DNA of 20,689 nt, taken from Polyangiaceae bacterium. Lineage in GTDB: Bacteria > Myxococcota_A > Polyangia > Polyangiales > Polyangiaceae. Numbering within the stretch: position 1 is the first letter of the stretch; the number at the start of each line of letters is the position of its first letter. The notes beneath the pieces are model-generated. The model worked only from the letters and a program-made list of their open reading frames with translations. It was not told the DNA's origin and ran no database searches. Made by a program: the position numbers and the translations under genes. Positions 17,970-20,689 of the stretch are shown piece after piece. Location: the NCBI GenBank assembly GCA_033763455.1, contig JANRKO010000036.1:1-20689 (forward strand), written 5' to 3'.

Positions 17970-19184
17970 GTGAGACACTCTCAGCAATAGATTCCAGTGA
18001 AAACCGGGGATCTGTCCAGTAGCTGTCCTTGTAGTAAGTTCGTTCCAGTGCCCCAGTAACCGCGTACCGTTTCTCCTCATTAGGCCACCACGCATTGTCT
18101 CGAAGGATTCTACGATCCATGGCCGCTTGGCTACCGTAGAATTTGCTCTGCGCCTCATGGACGAGCTCGTGTGCGACGACTACGACCTTATCAGCATTGC
18201 TAAGGTTTGCGAATTTGTCCCCGTGCGAGTTCACTAGAATTTTCCCCGCCTTCCCACCAGTTCCACCAACGTGGATCGCCATAACGTCGTCTCCCAAGTG
18301 GCTCAGATCCGCCTGCGCGAACGTAACCTTCGACACGTCCATTTGCCGTCCCTTTCCCCCGCAATCACCCAACGCCGCCTGAAAACGTTCCGCATAGGCG
18401 GTGCTCAGGTGATTTCCATCAAACAGTGCTCCTTGGGGTAGCTTGGATGCATCGAAGACTTGAGCCACCACGTCCTCAGAGAACGCCAACACCAGATCAG
18501 GCCCCTCACTCTTCTGCGCCTGCTCCTTGATAGTCCCAACCGCCGTCCCCACCCCATACCCAATCCCGCCACCGATCGCGCCATTCTTCGCGGCGTTCCC
18601 CACGCCTTTCCACGTAGGACCACCGTGAAACGATGACGTCGCAACGTAGCTTGCCGTGCCGGATGCCGCACCCTTGTACACCCCGTCAGCCAACGCCGAC
18701 CCGGTATCAGGCAAGTTGCTAGACACAGCTCCGCTCACGGCCCCAGATACAGCCGCGTCCCTCAAGCCCGAACTCGTTACCTTCTCCCCGTTGAGCCCCT
18801 GTTTCAGGGCATAGCTACCTGCCGACACAGCGGGCGCGCCCCAAGGTCCGAGGTACATGCTCGCCCAGGCCGCGGCTCCGTCCACGAACGCATCCGACTA
18901 GTCGACTTTCCGTTCTGCACAAGCTGCGTCACCGCACTCGTGACGAAGCCGACCCCAAACGCCGCGAGATCATCCCAGCCGGCATAGTTCCCATCCGGAT
19001 CCACCCCCATCAGCGGCGTGCAGTGCACGTAGGCGTACGGATTGAGATCTCCACCCAGATCATGAATCGTCACCGCATCGGGACTCATCCACCTCCCCAG
19101 CGCTGTCGAGTAATACCGAGCTCCGAAGTACGAGAGGCCGACTTCGATGTCCTCCTCTTTCCCCGTGAACTTATACGGCTCTCG
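17917..19184 (-). pseudogene. Orphan RHS repeat-associated core plus C-terminal toxin (Gly/Ala-rich region and HExxH metallopeptidase-like domain), disrupted
   Basis: REPYKFTGKEEDIEVGLSYFGARYY...GRWMSPD...LNPYAYV...PLMGVDPDG core with no upstream start (in-frame stop upstream). 1-nt frameshift near 18908 and in-frame TAG at 18900-18898 (restored NGKVDWSDAF). VVAHELVHEAQ in the C-terminal domain. Confidence 0.88.
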
Positions 19185-19221
19185 TTTTGATGCTCCCTCG
19201 TGGTTGCAGAGAATCGGCGGC

Positions 19222-19320
19222 CGCTAGCGCTTGCTTCGCTACGCGCTAGCGAGGCCCTCTTGTCTGTGCTCGCGCGTGATGCTTGCTCGCGTGTGGCTGC
19301 CCGGCGCGCTGCGCGCAGCC
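19222..19320. repeat. REP-like GC-rich palindromes next to the RHS truncation point
   Basis: CGCTAGCGC (19222-19230) / GCGCTAGCG (19243-19251) around a GCTTCGC core; GGCTGC (19295-19300) / GCAGCC (19315-19320). Confidence 0.4.
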
Positions 19321-19447
19321 GAGGTACCTAACGGCTGGGGTGAGAATAGGGGGCGCTCGGAGAGCGTGAATATCCGTCTGGCGCACACATAAGACCTCAG
19401 AAGGAACGCACTCGACCTTGCCGCTCATTTGAGCTAGATTGTCGAGA

Positions 19448-19678
19448 ATGCAGGCTCACCGCATCCGTGTTGTCATCCCGAGCAATCACCAGCTTACGGT
19501 TCGGCTGCCTAGTGACGTGCCGACAGGGGCGGCGGAGATCATCGTTCTCACAGAGTCGCCGGTTGCTGCCTCCCCTCCGGCAGGGTTTCTCGATTGGTTG
19601 GACAACTGGATTGCCTCGCTCCCGCCGAGCCCGGCCGTTCCGCTGCATGCCCTCCGCCGTGAGAATCTCTACGAATGA
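19448..19678 (+). CDS. Putative antitoxin of a VapBC-like type II toxin-antitoxin pair
   Basis: 76-aa ORF with beta-rich N-terminus (LTVRLPSDVPTGAAEIIVL), C-terminal LRRENLYE typical of PIN-associated antitoxins, and ATGA overlap with the PIN gene. Confidence 0.75.
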   Translation: MQAHRIRVVIPSNHQLTVRLPSDVPTGAAEIIVLTESPVAASPPAGFLDWLDNWIASLPPSPAVPLHALRRENLYE

Positions 19679-20120
19679 GCGTCGTCGTCCTCGACACGAA
19701 TATTCTCCTCAGGCTCACCAACCCATCAGCGCCCGAACACCTTGCCTGCAGGGCTGCGATCACCAACCTTGCAGAAACTGGAGCTGTTCTCGCCATTGTG
19801 CCCCAAGTGCTGGTTGAGTTCTGGGTTGTCGCTACTCGGCCCGCGGAAGTAAACGGGCTCGGTTGGACGCCAGCTCTCACCCACACGGCCATCAGCGGAT
19901 TCCTGAGCCAGTTTCAGCTTGTGCCGAAACGGGGCAGGCATTCACCTGTTGGCTGGACTTGGTGTCTGTCAATCGGATCCAAGGAAAACGAGCCCACGAC
20001 GCCCGCATCGCCGCCGTCATGCTTGCCTCAGGAGTGACAGAGCTACTGACCCTCAATACAGATGACTTCGAGGGGATGCCGGGTCTCACTCTTCGAAGTC
20101 CACTTGCTATTCTGCGATGA
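19675..20120 (+). pseudogene. vapC: PIN domain (VapC-like) toxin, frameshifted
   Basis: VLDTNILL, QVLVEFWVVATRP..NGLG in one frame and GKRAHDARIAAVM...LLTLNTDDF in another; one base missing near 19926 (restored LVPETGQAF). Confidence 0.88.
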
Positions 20121-20245
20121 CAAGAGGCGCCTTTGTGGACATTTGGATATCTCCGGGGTGTCAAAGAAGAACAGACTTGCTCGAACCCGCGCGGCTGAGC
20201 GGTTAACATGCAACGCTAGAACTTAGCAACTTAGCAGAGCCGGAG

Positions 20246-20306
20246 GCCTAATGGATCGTTGAAGCAGTCGACCGATGCGGCCTCTGCTTAACGTTTGGTA
20301 TTAGAG
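20246..20306 (+). other. Degenerate integron attC-like site
   Basis: GCCTAAT-GGATC-GTTGAAGC-AG...CT-GCTTAAC-GTTTGGT-ATTAGAG shows the R''/L''/L'/R' layout with one extra base in L'', 61 bp long; the core is AAT/ATT instead of AAC/GTT. Confidence 0.45.
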
Positions 20307-20359
20307 CCCAGAGGTCGTGCTAGTGAATTCCGAATGCTCGCGCAAACTGCGCAGAACGT

Positions 20360-20402
20360 TTCGGCTCAGTCGCCGAGCAACTCTTCGAGTTTGCTCGAAA
20401 GG
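20360..20402. repeat. 43-bp direct repeat, right copy (matches 17116-17158)
   Basis: TTCGGCTCAGTCGCCGAGCAACTCTTCGAGTTTGCTCGAAAGG overlaps the stop codon and last codons of the Rpn-like gene. Confidence 0.9.
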
Positions 20403-20689
20403 ATGATCTTCTCCGCCAACCGGTCGAGTTGTTCAAGCGACGCCGCACGCACTCGCTCTTGGACCGCTTCGTTCGGAGGACCAAACTTGAGCTGAATCTG
20501 CTTCAAGACGGTCTCAGCCTTGCCCTCAGCTTTGCCCTCAGCTTTGCCCTCAGCCTTGCCCTCAGCCTTGCCCCTGGCTTCCCCTGCTGCCTCTCCGAGT
20601 TCTCGTTCTTTTTTGAGCGCAAGCTCGTAGAAATACTCTGCTTCGGCGCGCTCGTGAGCGAGGCGGGCGATCTCCGGATCTGAAGAGAG
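20366..20689 (-). CDS. C-terminal part of an Rpn family / PD-(D/E)XK nuclease-family putative transposase with DUF4351-like tail (partial, runs off the window)
   Basis: Not in the ORF track. Minus strand reads LSSDPEIARLAHERAEAEYFYELALKKERELGEAAGEAR(GKAE)x5TVLKQIQLKFGPPNEAVQERVRAASLEQLDRLAEKIILSSKLEELLGD*. Confidence 0.82.
   Translation of the reverse strand, partial: LSSDPEIARLAHERAEAEYFYELALKKERELGEAAGEARGKAEGKAEGKAEGKAEGKAETVLKQIQLKFGPPNEAVQERVRAASLEQLDRLAEKIILSSKLEELLGD
20513..20572. repeat. Tandem 12-bp coding repeat x5 (GKAE)
   Basis: CTCAGCYTTGCC repeated five times. Confidence 0.95.

Noticed and set aside
19326..19439. Second attC site upstream of the antitoxin (ACCTAAC...GCTAGAT)
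   Set aside because: The L boxes and internal pairing are too poor to call.
20513..20572. CRISPR-like array
   Set aside because: The 12-bp units are contiguous with no spacers and are coding (GKAE).

Overview
High-GC bacterial DNA, most likely Myxococcota (inferred from two MYXO-CTERM-like C-termini, a fibro-slime lipoprotein, an HDOD protein and Cys-rich lipoproteins). The window opens with the 3' end of a group II intron (clear domains V and VI) that the ORF track misses. Its last two bases (AT) supply the first two letters of the ATG of the ribosome-biogenesis GTPase gene engB/yihA, and its domain VI also hides a Shine-Dalgarno sequence plus an in-frame GTG. A mostly core region follows: a membrane protein, tRNA-Val(CAC), a secreted beta-helix protein, a mobA / GH38 alpha-mannosidase / SDR operon, archaeal/eukaryote-type proS, fibro-slime, HDOD, a beta-propeller lipoprotein, an MFS transporter, a frameshifted Cys-rich lipoprotein and an S1 protease. 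The right end is a ~3.2 kb decaying conflict islet bracketed by a 43-bp direct repeat equal to the 3' end of an Rpn/DUF4351-type gene. It holds an orphan, disrupted RHS C-terminal toxin (HExxH), an intact putative immunity lipoprotein, an intact antitoxin with a frameshifted PIN toxin, and a degenerate attC-like site. All calls come from reading the sequence by eye; no searches were run.
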